The translations under genes were made by a program, and so were the position numbers. This document shows, one piece after another, positions 7,727 through 17,831 of a stretch of DNA of 32,000 bases. Below the pieces are notes generated by a model. It had not been told where the DNA came from. It searched no databases and worked only from the letters and a program-made list of their open reading frames with translations. Position 1 is the first letter of the stretch; the number at the start of each line of letters is the position of its first letter. The stretch is from Ruminococcus albus 7 = DSM 20455 (GTDB taxonomy: Bacteria > Bacillota > Clostridia > Oscillospirales > Ruminococcaceae). The stretch lies in the NCBI RefSeq assembly GCF_000179635.2, contig NC_014833.1, positions 510,001 through 542,000 on the forward strand, in the 5' to 3' direction.

Positions 7727-10132
7727 ATGGCTAAAAAAACCGAGAAGACCATATCAAAGGAGGAACTGAAAAAGCAGTTCATCGAGGTACTGCACAACGA
7801 TTTTCAGACCATACCCGATGAGGCGACCGATAAGCAGGTATACGAGGCACTGTCAAAGATAGTTGTCGGCATACTGAAGACCAAGAGAAGACACTTCACA
7901 ATGGCTACACAGTCTGCGGGCAAGAAGAAGGTGTACTACCTTTCTATGGAATTCCTGATGGGACGTTCTCTCAAGACCTCCCTCTACAATCTGGAAATGA
8001 ACAATCAGGCAAAAGAGATGCTCAAAGATCTGGGTATCTCCATAAATGGTATATACGAGCAGGAACCCGATGCAGGTCTGGGCAACGGTGGTCTTGGCAG
8101 ACTTGCTGCCTGCTATTTGGATGCACTGGCTGCTGACGGCTACCACGCAACAGGTTATTCCATATGCTATGAGTACGGTATCTTTAAGCAGAAGCTGGAA
8201 GACGGCTGGCAGACCGAGCTGCCCGATAACTGGCTCCCCGGTGGTTCAGTATGGCTTGTGCCTTCACCTACTAAGGCTATCGAGGTACGCTTTGACGGCG
8301 AGTTGAAGGAGTATTGGGATAATCAGTACCACTGTGTAACTCATGAGAACTATACTTCCGTTATGGCTGTGCCTTACGACCTGTATGTATCAGGCTACGG
8401 CAGCAAAGCTGTATCCAAGCTGAGATTGTGGAAGGCTGAAATGGCTTCTTTTGATATGCCTTTCTTCAACAAGGGCGACTACGCTAAGGCACTTAGCAAG
8501 AACATAATGTCACAGGCTATCACCAAGGTACTTTACCCAAATGATAACCACGCTGAGGGCAAGAGCCTCAGACTTCGTCAGCAGTACTTCCTTTGTGCAG
8601 CTTCCGTGGGCGATATAGTCCACCAGCATATGTCTGTATACGGTACGCTGGATAATCTGCACGAAAAAGTTGCTATACATATCAACGATACTCATCCTAC
8701 ACTTGCTATCCCCGAACTGATGAGGATACTTCTTGATGACTGCGGTTACAGCTGGGATAAAGCATGGCATATCGTTACAAATACATTCGCATACACCAAC
8801 CATACGGTTATGCCCGAGGCACTGGAGAAGTGGGACTGCAATCTGCTGAAGAGCGTTTGCCCCAGAATATTCTCTATAATCATCGAGATAAATGAGAGAT
8901 ACTGTCGTGATCTGTGGGAGAGATACCGCGACGAGGCGAAGTGCGGCCATATGTCCATAGTTGAGAACAACAAGGTAAAGATGGCTACTCTCTGTGTACA
9001 CGCATCACACAGCGTAAACGGTGTTGCAAAGATACACTCCGAGATAATCAAGAAGGAGACTTTCAAGGACGAATATCTTGATACTCCTACCAAGTTCAAG
9101 AACGTTACAAACGGTATCGCATACAGAAGATGGCTGTATCAGTCTAACGAGGGACTGACCGAACTTCTGAGAGAGAAGATCGGTGACGGTTTCCTTAAAA
9201 ATGCGTCCGAACTCAGCAAGCTGGCTGTATTCAAAAACGATGAAAATGTCCTGAACAGGCTGGCAGAAATAAAGAAAGAAAACAAGGAAAAATTTGCAAA
9301 GTACGTCAAAAACCAGTACGGCGCAGTTCTGAATACTGATTCCATATTCGATGTGCAGGTAAAGAGACTCCACGAATACAAGCGCCAGCAGCTGAATGCG
9401 CTGAACATCATCGCTCAGTACAACTATCTGAAAGCTAATCCCAATGCTGATTTCGTGCCCAAGACCTACATCTTTGCGGCTAAGGCAGCACCAGGATACT
9501 ACATGGCTAAGCAGATAATCAAGCTGATATGGAACATCTCTCAGGAACTGAAAAAGAACGATAAGCTGAGAGAAAAGCTGAATGTTATATTCCTGGAAGA
9601 CTACAACGTATCCCTTTCAGAGATACTGATGCCTGCAGCTGATATCTCCGAGCAGATATCCCTTGCAGGTACTGAGGCAAGCGGTACGGGTAACATGAAG
9701 CTGATGATAAACGGTGCTATCACTCTGGGTACCATGGACGGCGCAAATGTTGAGATACACGAGCAGGTAGGCGATGACAACATCATAATCTTCGGTATGA
9801 ACGTTGACGAGGTAAATTCCTGCAAGGCAGGTTACAGACCTATCGAGATCTATAACAAGAATCAGATAGTAAAGCAGGCTATTGACACTATACAGTACGG
9901 TGTGAACGGAGTACAGTTCCCCGAGATAGCCGATGCACTGAAGAATACAGATACCTACATGGCACTGAAGGATTTCGACAGCTATCAGCAGGCACAGAAG
10001 TACGCAAGCGAGTGCTACGCTGACAAGATGAAGTGGCAGAGAATGAGCCTTGCAAATATCGCAGGCGCAGGCATATTCTCCGCTGACCGTTCTGTTGAAG
10101 AGTACGCAAAGGACATCTGGGGACTGACATAA
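7727..10132 (+). CDS. glgP: Glycogen/starch/alpha-glucan (maltodextrin) phosphorylase, GT35
   Basis: Full-length similarity to GT35 phosphorylases, including EPDAGLGNGGLGRLAAC, INDTHP and the PLP-lysine region EASGTGNMKLMINGA. An AGGAGG RBS precedes the ATG at 7727. Confidence 0.95.
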   Translation: MAKKTEKTISKEELKKQFIEVLHNDFQTIPDEATDKQVYEALSKIVVGILKTKRRHFTMATQSAGKKKVYYLSMEFLMGRSLKTSLYNLEMNNQAKEMLKDLGISINGIYEQEPDAGLGNGGLGRLAACYLDALAADGYHATGYSICYEYGIFKQKLEDGWQTELPDNWLPGGSVWLVPSPTKAIEVRFDGELKEYWDNQYHCVTHENYTSVMAVPYDLYVSGYGSKAVSKLRLWKAEMASFDMPFFNKGDYAKALSKNIMSQAITKVLYPNDNHAEGKSLRLRQQYFLCAASVGDIVHQHMSVYGTLDNLHEKVAIHINDTHPTLAIPELMRILLDDCGYSWDKAWHIVTNTFAYTNHTVMPEALEKWDCNLLKSVCPRIFSIIIEINERYCRDLWERYRDEAKCGHMSIVENNKVKMATLCVHASHSVNGVAKIHSEIIKKETFKDEYLDTPTKFKNVTNGIAYRRWLYQSNEGLTELLREKIGDGFLKNASELSKLAVFKNDENVLNRLAEIKKENKEKFAKYVKNQYGAVLNTDSIFDVQVKRLHEYKRQQLNALNIIAQYNYLKANPNADFVPKTYIFAAKAAPGYYMAKQIIKLIWNISQELKKNDKLREKLNVIFLEDYNVSLSEILMPAADISEQISLAGTEASGTGNMKLMINGAITLGTMDGANVEIHEQVGDDNIIIFGMNVDEVNSCKAGYRPIEIYNKNQIVKQAIDTIQYGVNGVQFPEIADALKNTDTYMALKDFDSYQQAQKYASECYADKMKWQRMSLANIAGAGIFSADRSVEEYAKDIWGLT

Positions 10133-10249
10133 TAAAATTCATAATTGCCCTCGGGCGGGCAGCTCAATTCCGCCTATTATAAGTTTGCAGTGAACATGAG
10201 TTTTGTGTGACGGCGGGTCAGAGTATTGCTATAAAAATGAAAATATAAA

Positions 10250-10285
10250 ACGTGCGCTTATCGCAGTTCTGCGGTAAGCGCACGT
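10250..10285. terminator. Bidirectional intrinsic terminator between convergent genes
   Basis: A 16-bp stem (acgtgcgcttatcgca / tgcggtaagcgcacgt) is flanked by an A-rich tract on the left and a T-rich tract on the right. Confidence 0.7.
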
Positions 10286-10378
10286 TCTTATGTTCTCAAA
10301 TTGTAAGGGCAGGAAACTTATGCGTTATGCAATCTTTCAATAGTAAAACTTACCCGTGTCCCTGACACAAATTATGAA

Positions 10379-10840
10379 TTATGAATTGATACGAAGCCCC
10401 TGCATGAAACCGTCGGAGGCTGTGGAACTTACATCACCGCCGATGAGTTTACCGTCACTGACCATAAGGTGACAAAGTATGCAGTCATCTTTTTCATGTT
10501 CGGGGTAGTTGAGGACTTTGTAGGTATACACCTGAACCTGCATACCTTTATATGGTGTAAGGTCAAAGCCCTGCTGTTTCTGGAGCTCGTTGTAGTTTAT
10601 GTATACCTCGCTCCAATCCTCGGGGATAAGTATAGTCTTGACTTCGTCGAACTTTTCGGGGACTTCCCAGCCCATCTCGTGCAGGAAAGTCCTTCGTTTG
10701 CTCTCGCTGTCAAGTATATGGATATTGCTCCTGCCTTTCAGACCGAGTACCAGAAGTACAGCAAGTGCCGCGGCGATAACTGATATAAGTACCCCTGCCC
10801 AGACTTTTGGTCTTCTGACCTTGATAGTGTGTATGAACAT
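10379..10840 (-). CDS. DUF4830 domain-containing membrane-anchored protein
   Basis: N-terminal TM helix, then FLHEMGWEV...YNELQKQQGFDL...YKG...YTY...GGD, which is typical of DUF4830. GGAGGT RBS. Confidence 0.75.
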   Translation of the reverse strand: MFIHTIKVRRPKVWAGVLISVIAAALAVLLVLGLKGRSNIHILDSESKRRTFLHEMGWEVPEKFDEVKTILIPEDWSEVYINYNELQKQQGFDLTPYKGMQVQVYTYKVLNYPEHEKDDCILCHLMVSDGKLIGGDVSSTASDGFMQGLRINS

Positions 10841-11127
10841 CTTATTTTACCTCCATGAGATCATTTTTATCAATAATATGCCAGGTCAATATAAAATAGA
10901 ACTGCGAAAAAAGTTCAGATTTGGATATGATTTTCTGAACTTTTATTTGAGAGACTGAATATGTATATTAAATTTATAATACTATTACTACGCGATTCAA
11001 TTCACGATTAGTATATAAGGTCGGAATTTTAATATGAAAGACCAGCACGATGTTGTGCAAGATTACTAAAAATTTATAGGACAATTAAGGTGAAATCACG
11101 ATTTTAAGGTTTTTTATGCGAATTGTT

Positions 11128-11155
11128 TTGACAATTACAAAATATGTGGTAAAAT
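11128..11155 (+). promoter_or_regulatory. Putative extended -10 promoter
   Basis: TTGACA, a 16-nt spacer, then TGgTAAAAT. It would leave a leader of about 185 nt before the MinD-like gene. Confidence 0.4.
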
Positions 11156-11341
11156 ATATATTAGGTAACACCTACTTTGGTTACGTTTTTCTCAACTACT
11201 GTTTTGCAGGTCATGTGAATGCCGTAAACAAGAGTTTGATCAAATAATTTGACTAAAAGGTAAGTGTGGAGGATATGCGCGGACGGGACAGAGATCATTG
11301 ATACCGTCGTGAGTGCGCATTTGTGAAAGGAGTAGTAGACT

Positions 11342-12079
11342 ATGTCTAAAATCATTGCAGTTACATCAGGTAAGGGTGGAACGGGTAAGTCATCCATCAG
11401 TGCCTGCCTTGGTTATGCACTGGCGAAGCAGGGCAACAGGACTCTGATAATAGAGCTCGACTTCGGACTTAGGTGTATGGACATCATGCTGGGTATGCAG
11501 GGAAACATAACCTACGATCTCGGAGATGTGCTTGAGGGTACCTGCGACGTTTACAAGGCTACGACAACTGTAAAGCTGGCATCGAACCTCAGCGTGCTGT
11601 GTGCACCTTCCGATCCTTTTGTACAGCTCAAGGCAGAGGATATAGAGAAGATAACTCAGGAAATGAGAAAGTATTTTGAATACATCATCATAGATACCTC
11701 AGCAGGTATAAACGGTTCTGTATTCGATATAGTAACTAATTCAGACCTGATACTGATAGTTACAACACCTGACCCCGTATGTGTAAGAGATGCACAGATG
11801 ATGTCTGATGAGTTCTACAAGAGGGGCAATCAGAAGCAGAGACTTGTGATAAACAAGGCAAGCAAGAGGATATTCGAGTTTGATGACATGGACGATCTTG
11901 ATGCGATCATAGACACGGTAGGCGTACAGCTTCTGGGCGTTATACCCGAGGATTCAGCTATACCGCTTGCAACCGGCAAGGGCGCACCGCTTTCATCAAG
12001 TTCAATGGGCTTTGTAGCTTTCTCGGCAATATCGAGAAGGATAAAGGGCGAGCATATACCGATACAGATCAAGATGTAG
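11342..12079 (+). CDS. MinD/ParA-family P-loop ATPase
   Basis: Deviant Walker A (SGKGGTGKSS), Walker B (IIIDTSAG) and MinD-like length and order. No minC or minE lies adjacent. Confidence 0.8.
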   Translation: MSKIIAVTSGKGGTGKSSISACLGYALAKQGNRTLIIELDFGLRCMDIMLGMQGNITYDLGDVLEGTCDVYKATTTVKLASNLSVLCAPSDPFVQLKAEDIEKITQEMRKYFEYIIIDTSAGINGSVFDIVTNSDLILIVTTPDPVCVRDAQMMSDEFYKRGNQKQRLVINKASKRIFEFDDMDDLDAIIDTVGVQLLGVIPEDSAIPLATGKGAPLSSSSMGFVAFSAISRRIKGEHIPIQIKM

Positions 12080-12118
12080 GATCTGGACGAACGACTATTA
12101 TAACTGGGGGGATTCTTT

Positions 12119-12529
12119 TTGAATATAGCACTTATCGCACACGATACCAAGAAAGAACTTATGGTACAGTTCTGTATAGCATACTGCGGAATACTCAGCA
12201 AACACAGACTTTGTGCTACCGGCACTACCGGCAAGATAGTAGCAGAGGCTACCGGACTTTCGATACAGCGTTACATGGGCGGTTCTCAGGGCGGCGATCA
12301 GCAGATAGCAGCAAGGATATCCTGCAACGAGATAGATCTGCTGTTGTTTTTCCGCGATCCTATTTCTGCAAAGCCGCACGAGCCTAATGAGATGAATCTG
12401 TTAAGGCTGTGTGATGTACACAATATACCTGTAGCGACCAATATCGCCACAGCTGAGGCGCTGATACACTCGCTGGAGAGGGGCGACCTCGACTGGAGAG
12501 ATATCGTCAATCCGACTACAGCTAACTGA
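12119..12529 (+). CDS. mgsA: Methylglyoxal synthase
   Basis: [10 protein letters not shown]...ATGTTG...GGDQQI...FFRDP...HEPN...[15 protein letters not shown] is a near-canonical MgsA sequence. TTG start. Confidence 0.9.
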   Translation: MNIALIAHDTKKELMVQFCIAYCGILSKHRLCATGTTGKIVAEATGLSIQRYMGGSQGGDQQIAARISCNEIDLLLFFRDPISAKPHEPNEMNLLRLCDVHNIPVATNIATAEALIHSLERGDLDWRDIVNPTTAN

Positions 12530-12543
12530 GGATAGATCACATT

Positions 12544-12574
12544 ATCGGCAAACACTCTGTTTGCCGATTTTTTG
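12544..12574 (+). terminator. Rho-independent terminator
   Basis: A 10-bp stem (atcggcaaac / gtttgccgat) followed by TTTTTT. Confidence 0.8.
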
Positions 12575-12594
12575 TGTGAATATAAGGAGAAATC

Positions 12595-13191
12595 ATGAAA
12601 CTTTCAGAAATGTTGAATGATAGTCCCTGTGACGAAAATATACACAAGCTGTTGTATGACGGTCTCGACTATGACGGGAGTTCTGCTGACCTTATAATGG
12701 TGCTTGGAAGCAGGAAAGCCTGCGATTACCGCGTACCCGAGGCTGTGAGGCTGTATAATGAGGGTAAAGCACCCCTGATACTTCTGAGCGGAGGTCAGGT
12801 GCAGGATACTTCTCTTGGAAATATGGCTGAATGGGAGAGCATGAAAAAGGCAGCACTTGCACTGGGTATATCAGAAAGTGATATCCTTGCTGAAAAGCTT
12901 TCAAAGAACACTGCCGAAAATTTCATGTATTCAGACGAACTGCTGATCGGATATCTTCCGCTTGGCAGCAAAATAATACTGGTCACCACCGCATATCATA
13001 TGAGACGGGCACTGTGTATGGCACATAAGTTCATGCCGGGGTATGATTTTATTCCCTGTCCTGTGCAAAAGGGGTCTGCTACAAAAGAAAATTGGTACAA
13101 AACTGACAAAGGCAGGCAAACAGCACTTGACGAATGGCGCAAATTAAGTTATTATATAAAGGACGGTATTTTTGAGGATACCAACATCTGA
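12595..13191 (+). CDS. YdcF/ElyC/SanA-family (DUF218) protein
   Basis: Pattern typical of DUF218: LIMVLGS...LILLSGG...NTAENF...ILVTTAYHMRRA. Confidence 0.75.
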   Translation: MKLSEMLNDSPCDENIHKLLYDGLDYDGSSADLIMVLGSRKACDYRVPEAVRLYNEGKAPLILLSGGQVQDTSLGNMAEWESMKKAALALGISESDILAEKLSKNTAENFMYSDELLIGYLPLGSKIILVTTAYHMRRALCMAHKFMPGYDFIPCPVQKGSATKENWYKTDKGRQTALDEWRKLSYYIKDGIFEDTNI

Positions 13192-13313
13192 CGGAGGTCA
13201 AGTATATGAGAGAGGTATTTATCGAGCCGTGGGGAAGTCAGCCGCGACATTGAAGCTGGTTTTATAATACTAACACACCATAACGGCTCATAAAATAATG
13301 GAGGTTAAAAATA

Positions 13314-14636
13314 ATGGCAATGATACAAAGACCAAAGGGCACTGCTGATATGCTGCCCTCACAGGCATATAAATGGCACACGATAGAGAAGCTGGCATCT
13401 GAAACTGCAGAGCAGTACGGATTCAGGGAGATAAGAGTTCCTGCTTTTGAGGAGACAGGACTTTTCCTGCGTTCTGTCGGTGAAACTACCGATGTGGTAC
13501 AGAAAGAGATGTACACCGTTACCGCAACGGGTGACAGCGAATTCACACTTCGTCCTGAGGGTACTGCAGGTGTAATGAGAGCGATGATAGAGAACGGTCT
13601 GCTGAACGAGGCATTTCCCCAGAAGGTGTTCTATCTCATCAACTGCTTCAGACACGAGAATGTTCAGAAGGGCAGACTGCGTGAGTTCCACCAGTTCGGC
13701 TGTGAGATGGTAGGTTCGGCTGATGCAAAGGCTGATGCTGATGTTATATCTATGGCTAAGAGTTTTATGGACAGGATAGGTCTGAGGGATATCGAGCTGA
13801 ATATCAACTCCATCGGCTGTCCTACCTGCCGCGCTAAGTATCAGCAGGCGCTGAGAGAGTATTTCGGCGCAAGACGTGAAGAATTATGCGATACCTGCAA
13901 GGAAAGACTTGAAAAGAACCCAATGCGCCTTCTCGACTGCAAGTCACCTATATGCAAGGAGATAGGCAAGAATGCTCCGCTGATAATAGACTATCTGTGT
14001 GAGGATTGTAACGACCACTTTGAAAAGCTGAAGAAGTACCTCGGTCTGATGGGTATAGATTTCGTTGTAAATCCCCGTATCGTAAGAGGTCTTGACTATT
14101 ACACAAGAACTGTTTTCGAGTTCATATCCAAGGATATCGGTGCACAGGGCACTGTATGCGGCGGCGGACGTTATGACGGTCTAATTGAAGAACTCAGCGG
14201 CAAGGCTGTTCCAGCGCTGGGCTTCGCTATGGGTATAGAAAGGCTCATACTTACTATGGAAGCACAGAACTGTGACTTCATGGAGGCAAAGACCTGCGAC
14301 CTGTATATAGCATCTATGGGTGATGACGCGGCAGACAAGGCTATGGAGCTGGCTATGAAACTGAGAGATGAGGGATACTTTGTTGAGTACGACCTCATGG
14401 GCAGGGGCATAAAGCCTCAGATGAAGTATGCGGGTAAGATCGGCGCGAAATTTGTGCTGGTAATAGGTTCCAGTGAACTGGAGACCGGCTGTGCAAAGCT
14501 GAAGAATATGGCAAGCGGCGAGCAGGCTGACATAAAGCTGGATGACAGCTTTATTGATGATTTCTCAAATGCTCTTATGGCTGAGATGTTCAAGGACATC
14601 GACGGCGAAATGGCAGCGCTGCTGGGAAAGGAGTAG
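13314..14636 (+). CDS. hisS: Histidine--tRNA ligase
   Basis: Class II aaRS motifs (FRHENVQKGRLREFHQ, GGGRYDGL) and a HisRS-type anticodon-binding C-terminal domain. Confidence 0.95.
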   Translation: MAMIQRPKGTADMLPSQAYKWHTIEKLASETAEQYGFREIRVPAFEETGLFLRSVGETTDVVQKEMYTVTATGDSEFTLRPEGTAGVMRAMIENGLLNEAFPQKVFYLINCFRHENVQKGRLREFHQFGCEMVGSADAKADADVISMAKSFMDRIGLRDIELNINSIGCPTCRAKYQQALREYFGARREELCDTCKERLEKNPMRLLDCKSPICKEIGKNAPLIIDYLCEDCNDHFEKLKKYLGLMGIDFVVNPRIVRGLDYYTRTVFEFISKDIGAQGTVCGGGRYDGLIEELSGKAVPALGFAMGIERLILTMEAQNCDFMEAKTCDLYIASMGDDAADKAMELAMKLRDEGYFVEYDLMGRGIKPQMKYAGKIGAKFVLVIGSSELETGCAKLKNMASGEQADIKLDDSFIDDFSNALMAEMFKDIDGEMAALLGKE

Positions 14637-14639
14637 ATC

Positions 14640-14960
14640 ATGGCTGGCAACAGATGTGAACAGTGTGAGAATATCATGGTCAGGGAAATTATAAGTCCGC
14701 AGGAATATCTTTTCTGTGCGAATTCTCTTGTGGGACTGCTTATAGCGGGCGATGTTGAGATGACATTCTCCAATTGTCCCCTCGGCAGGATAGTTGATGA
14801 TGATATGAAATTTACCAAGAACAGATATTTCCACCAGTTCAGATGTACGAAGTGCGGTACGATATACGGTATGCTCTTTAATACAAAAACAGGCGGAGAG
14901 ATAAGGATAAACGATAAGGTCTTCAATCCGGCAGATTATCCCGATAAGAAGGAAGAGTGA
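14640..14960 (+). CDS. Hypothetical Cys-rich (zinc-ribbon-like) protein, 106 aa
   Basis: CxxC at the N-terminus (CEQC) and a second CxxC (CTKC). An AAGGAG RBS is embedded in the end of hisS, and the gene starts 3 nt after the hisS stop. Confidence 0.55.
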   Translation: MAGNRCEQCENIMVREIISPQEYLFCANSLVGLLIAGDVEMTFSNCPLGRIVDDDMKFTKNRYFHQFRCTKCGTIYGMLFNTKTGGEIRINDKVFNPADYPDKKEE

Positions 14961-14964
14961 GCAG

Positions 14965-15447
14965 ATGGCTGAGAATTACAGCATCACTGTTCAGCTGAAT
15001 AAAAAGAAGCTGAAAAAGCACCTTAACTGCGACCTGGTAGAGTATAAGCCTTCGATGAACGTGCTGAGCATGGGCAGATTCATGAGAAATCACAAGATGG
15101 AGAGCATATACTACGGCAGAGTCAGTGGTGACAATGTGCAGATATTCTACCACAAGGCGAAAAAGAAAGATGGCGGTATGACCGGCTTTTTCGGTAAGAT
15201 GACCGAAAAGGACGATGTCTGTGAGCTTACGGGAAAATTCCGCAAGCCTCTGTATGCCTATATCTCGGCGGTGATACTTATACTGTTTTGCATCGCCTGT
15301 GCGATAGGTACTTTAGCTGCCGGCTCATGGCAGGGGGCTCTGGTGTTTCTTGGGATAGGTGCAGGCGGAGGATTTGTCATGCTTTACGATAACTACAAGA
15401 AATATCTGAAAAAATATCTTGACGGACTTGCTGATAAAAAACGATGA
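14965..15447 (+). CDS. Hypothetical membrane protein, 160 aa
   Basis: RBS present. Two C-terminal hydrophobic helices. Tightly packed behind the zinc-ribbon gene. Confidence 0.5.
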   Translation: MAENYSITVQLNKKKLKKHLNCDLVEYKPSMNVLSMGRFMRNHKMESIYYGRVSGDNVQIFYHKAKKKDGGMTGFFGKMTEKDDVCELTGKFRKPLYAYISAVILILFCIACAIGTLAAGSWQGALVFLGIGAGGGFVMLYDNYKKYLKKYLDGLADKKR

Positions 15448-15596
15448 GTCCGACTTTGGTATGCAGATGATATGATGTTTAGCCGCAGGGGCTGTTCGGG
15501 CTTTTGCGGCTATTTTTAGGGACAGCGATATGAGTTATAAAATGACTGGCAATAGCTGCAGCTCTGATTGAAAAATAATGAAAGGCTGTGTATATA

Positions 15597-16337
15597 ATGG
15601 GCGAGATAATGCGACTTGACAAGCTGGTGGCTTCCCAGTTTGCTGATATTTCAAGGGCGGATGTTAAAAAACTCTGCCTTAAAAAGAAGATAATGGTCAA
15701 CGGCAAGCTTATGGCAAGGTCTGATGCTAAGGTGGATACCGATGATGAGATCATAATAGACGGCAGGAAGCTGACATATAAGAAGCATATCTATATAATG
15801 CTGAATAAGCCTGCAGGAGTGGTTTGTTCGACGAAGGAAGGTGCCAGTACGACTGTACTTGACCTGGTGCCCGATGAACTTCGCAGGGACGGATTGTTTC
15901 CCGCAGGACGGCTGGATAAGGATACCGAGGGATTCGTACTGATAACCGATGACGGTGAGCTGAGCCACAGGGTGCTGTCACCGAAGACTCATGTTCCGAA
16001 AACCTATTTCGTAAGGCTCGAAAAGCCATGGGAAGACAGCTATAAGGATATTATGGCTGCGGGTATGACCATTGACGGTCTGCATGAGGGAGATTCCGAG
16101 GAAAAATGTCAGCCGGCGCAATTTTTGGCATCTGACGAAAACGTTTGCGAATGTACCCTCATTATTCATGAAGGAAAGTTCCATCAGGTGAAACGTATGT
16201 TTGAAAAGCTTGGCAACAAGGTGGTGTACCTGAAGCGTGTCGCGATAGGTGAAATGCCGTTGGATAGGGGCTTAGAGCTTGGTGAGTGTTTGGAAATAAT
16301 GCACAAAGATGTTGAAAAGTTATTGGCACGAAAATAG
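15597..16337 (+). CDS. Pseudouridine synthase, RsuA/RluB family (S4 domain plus PseudoU_synth_2)
   Basis: MRLDKLV S4-like N-terminus and the catalytic GRLDKDTEGFVLITDDG motif. The start is uncertain among 15588, 15597 and 15609. Confidence 0.85.
   Translation: MGEIMRLDKLVASQFADISRADVKKLCLKKKIMVNGKLMARSDAKVDTDDEIIIDGRKLTYKKHIYIMLNKPAGVVCSTKEGASTTVLDLVPDELRRDGLFPAGRLDKDTEGFVLITDDGELSHRVLSPKTHVPKTYFVRLEKPWEDSYKDIMAAGMTIDGLHEGDSEEKCQPAQFLASDENVCECTLIIHEGKFHQVKRMFEKLGNKVVYLKRVAIGEMPLDRGLELGECLEIMHKDVEKLLARK
16138..16150. promoter_or_regulatory. Third exact copy of AAACGTTTGCG (cgaaAACGTTTGCG), inside the pseudouridine synthase CDS and about 375 nt upstream of the msmK-like ATPase gene
   Basis: Exact 11-mer match to 284-294 and 7599-7609. 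The intragenic position makes function uncertain. Confidence 0.3.
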
Positions 16338-16421
16338 GCTAATTGGAAAATAATTCCAGTGCTTCATGCATTTTCGTTAATATACCTAAAGTAACTCGCT
16401 AAAGTTTAGTTAAAAAAACTC

Positions 16422-16450
16422 TTGCTACTTAGATTAAAATTTGATATGAT
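16422..16450 (+). promoter_or_regulatory. Putative extended -10 promoter of the ATPase gene
   Basis: TTGCTA, a 17-nt spacer, then TGaTATGAT. Confidence 0.4.
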
Positions 16451-16525
16451 ATATGTGTACTGATTCGGGTATAAGTGTGACCATGTCCGAGTTTGAAGAA
16501 ATATTCAATAGGGAGGTTCTTTTTA

Positions 16526-17668
16526 ATGGCAAGCGTATCATTAAGAGAAATTTATAAGAAGTATGCCGGCGGCGTTATCGCTGTTTCCGACTTCAACATT
16601 GAGATCAAGGATAAGGAATTCATAATCCTGGTAGGCCCTTCCGGCTGCGGTAAGTCTACAACACTGAGAATGATCGCAGGTCTGGAGGAGATCAGTGAAG
16701 GTGAGCTGTACATCGGTGACAGACTTGTAAACGATGTAGCACCTAAGGACAGAGATATCGCAATGGTTTTCCAGAACTACGCTCTGTATCCTCACATGAC
16801 CGTATTTGAGAACATGGCATTCGGTCTGAAGCTGAGAAAAGTCCCCAAGGACGAGATAGCAAGAAAGGTTGAAGAAGCTGGTAGAATCCTCGACATCTCT
16901 CACCTGCTGGACAGAAAGCCTAAGGCTCTTTCCGGTGGTCAGAGACAGCGTGTGGCTCTGGGTAGAGCTATCGTTCGTGAGCCTCAGGTATTCCTGCTTG
17001 ACGAGCCTCTTTCCAACCTGGATGCTAAGCTGAGAGCTCAGATGAGAACCGAGATCTCCAAGCTGCATAAGAAGCTGGGTACAACATTCATCTACGTAAC
17101 ACACGATCAGACCGAGGCTATGACCATGGGTGACAGAATCGTTGTTATGAAGGATGGTTACATCCAGCAGATCGATACACCTACAAACCTCTACAACAAT
17201 CCTGTTAACCAGTTCGTTGCAGGCTTCATCGGTTCACCTCAGATGAACTTCATCGATGCTAAGCTTCTGAAGCAGAACGGTAAGTATGTTGTTGAGTTCG
17301 GTTCTGAGGATACCAAGACCTCCAAGGGCGTTAAGTACCAGGTAGAGGTTCCTGAGTCCAAGGCTGATCCCGAGGCACTTGAGCCCCTGGTAGATCAGGA
17401 AGTTGTACTCGGTGTAAGACCTGAGTGCATCCACGATGAGGAGATGTTCATCTCTGCTGCTAAGACAGGTATCATCAATGCTACTGTTGAAGTAACAGAA
17501 ATGATGGGTGCTGAGACTTATCTGTATCTGACTTGCGAGGGTATCAACCTGACTGCAAGAGTATCGCCCAGATCTACTGCTAGACCTCAGGACGAGATCC
17601 AGGTAGCTCTTGATCCTAACAGAATCCACATCTTCGACAAGGAGACTGAGAAGGCTGTTGTAAACTAA
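16526..17668 (+). CDS. msmK: Sugar ABC transporter ATP-binding protein, MsmK/MsmX/MalK (UgpC) type, encoded as an orphan
   Basis: Walker [10 protein letters not shown], signature LSGGQRQR, Walker B FLLDEPLS, and a MalK-like regulatory (TOBE) C-terminal domain. A GGGAGG RBS precedes the ATG at 16526. Confidence 0.9.
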   Translation: MASVSLREIYKKYAGGVIAVSDFNIEIKDKEFIILVGPSGCGKSTTLRMIAGLEEISEGELYIGDRLVNDVAPKDRDIAMVFQNYALYPHMTVFENMAFGLKLRKVPKDEIARKVEEAGRILDISHLLDRKPKALSGGQRQRVALGRAIVREPQVFLLDEPLSNLDAKLRAQMRTEISKLHKKLGTTFIYVTHDQTEAMTMGDRIVVMKDGYIQQIDTPTNLYNNPVNQFVAGFIGSPQMNFIDAKLLKQNGKYVVEFGSEDTKTSKGVKYQVEVPESKADPEALEPLVDQEVVLGVRPECIHDEEMFISAAKTGIINATVEVTEMMGAETYLYLTCEGINLTARVSPRSTARPQDEIQVALDPNRIHIFDKETEKAVVN

Positions 17669-17691
17669 TAGCTTTTCAATAAGGATATTAT

Positions 17692-17724
17692 CCGCCCTTT
17701 CCATATGGAGAGGGCGGTCTTTGT
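17692..17724 (+). terminator. Rho-independent terminator
   Basis: An 11-bp stem (ccgccctttcc / ggagagggcgg) followed by a T-rich tail. Confidence 0.7.
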
Positions 17725-17831
17725 ATACTTGCATATATTTTTTGCGCGGATATTGTGCAGTGCTACAAATATTAAATATACCCCATAAAAAGGCGCAGGC
17801 TCATTCGTATATGAATACGGAGGGGATAACT

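Noticed and set aside
11156-11341. A leader of about 185 nt between the predicted promoter and the MinD-like gene, considered as a possible riboswitch or sRNA.
   Set aside because: I could identify no recognisable riboswitch core motif and no stable conserved-looking structure by eye. The promoter call itself is only moderate confidence.
13192-13313. Possible T-box leader or leader-peptide attenuator upstream of hisS, including a 15-codon uORF (13206-13253, GGAGGT RBS 7 nt upstream) that ends ...Pro-Arg-His-stop.
   Set aside because: The intergenic region is only about 120 nt. That is too short for a T-box riboswitch, and I could not find the conserved T-box sequence or a convincing terminator/antiterminator pair. 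A single His codon is weak evidence for His-dependent attenuation. The uORF may be chance, and only ribosome profiling or conservation analysis could revive the idea.
17721-17831. N-terminal 37-aa extension of the lipoprotein-like ORF starting at 17721.
   Set aside because: It overlaps the tail of the upstream terminator and has no RBS. The internal ATG at 17832 yields a canonical signal peptide and lipobox.
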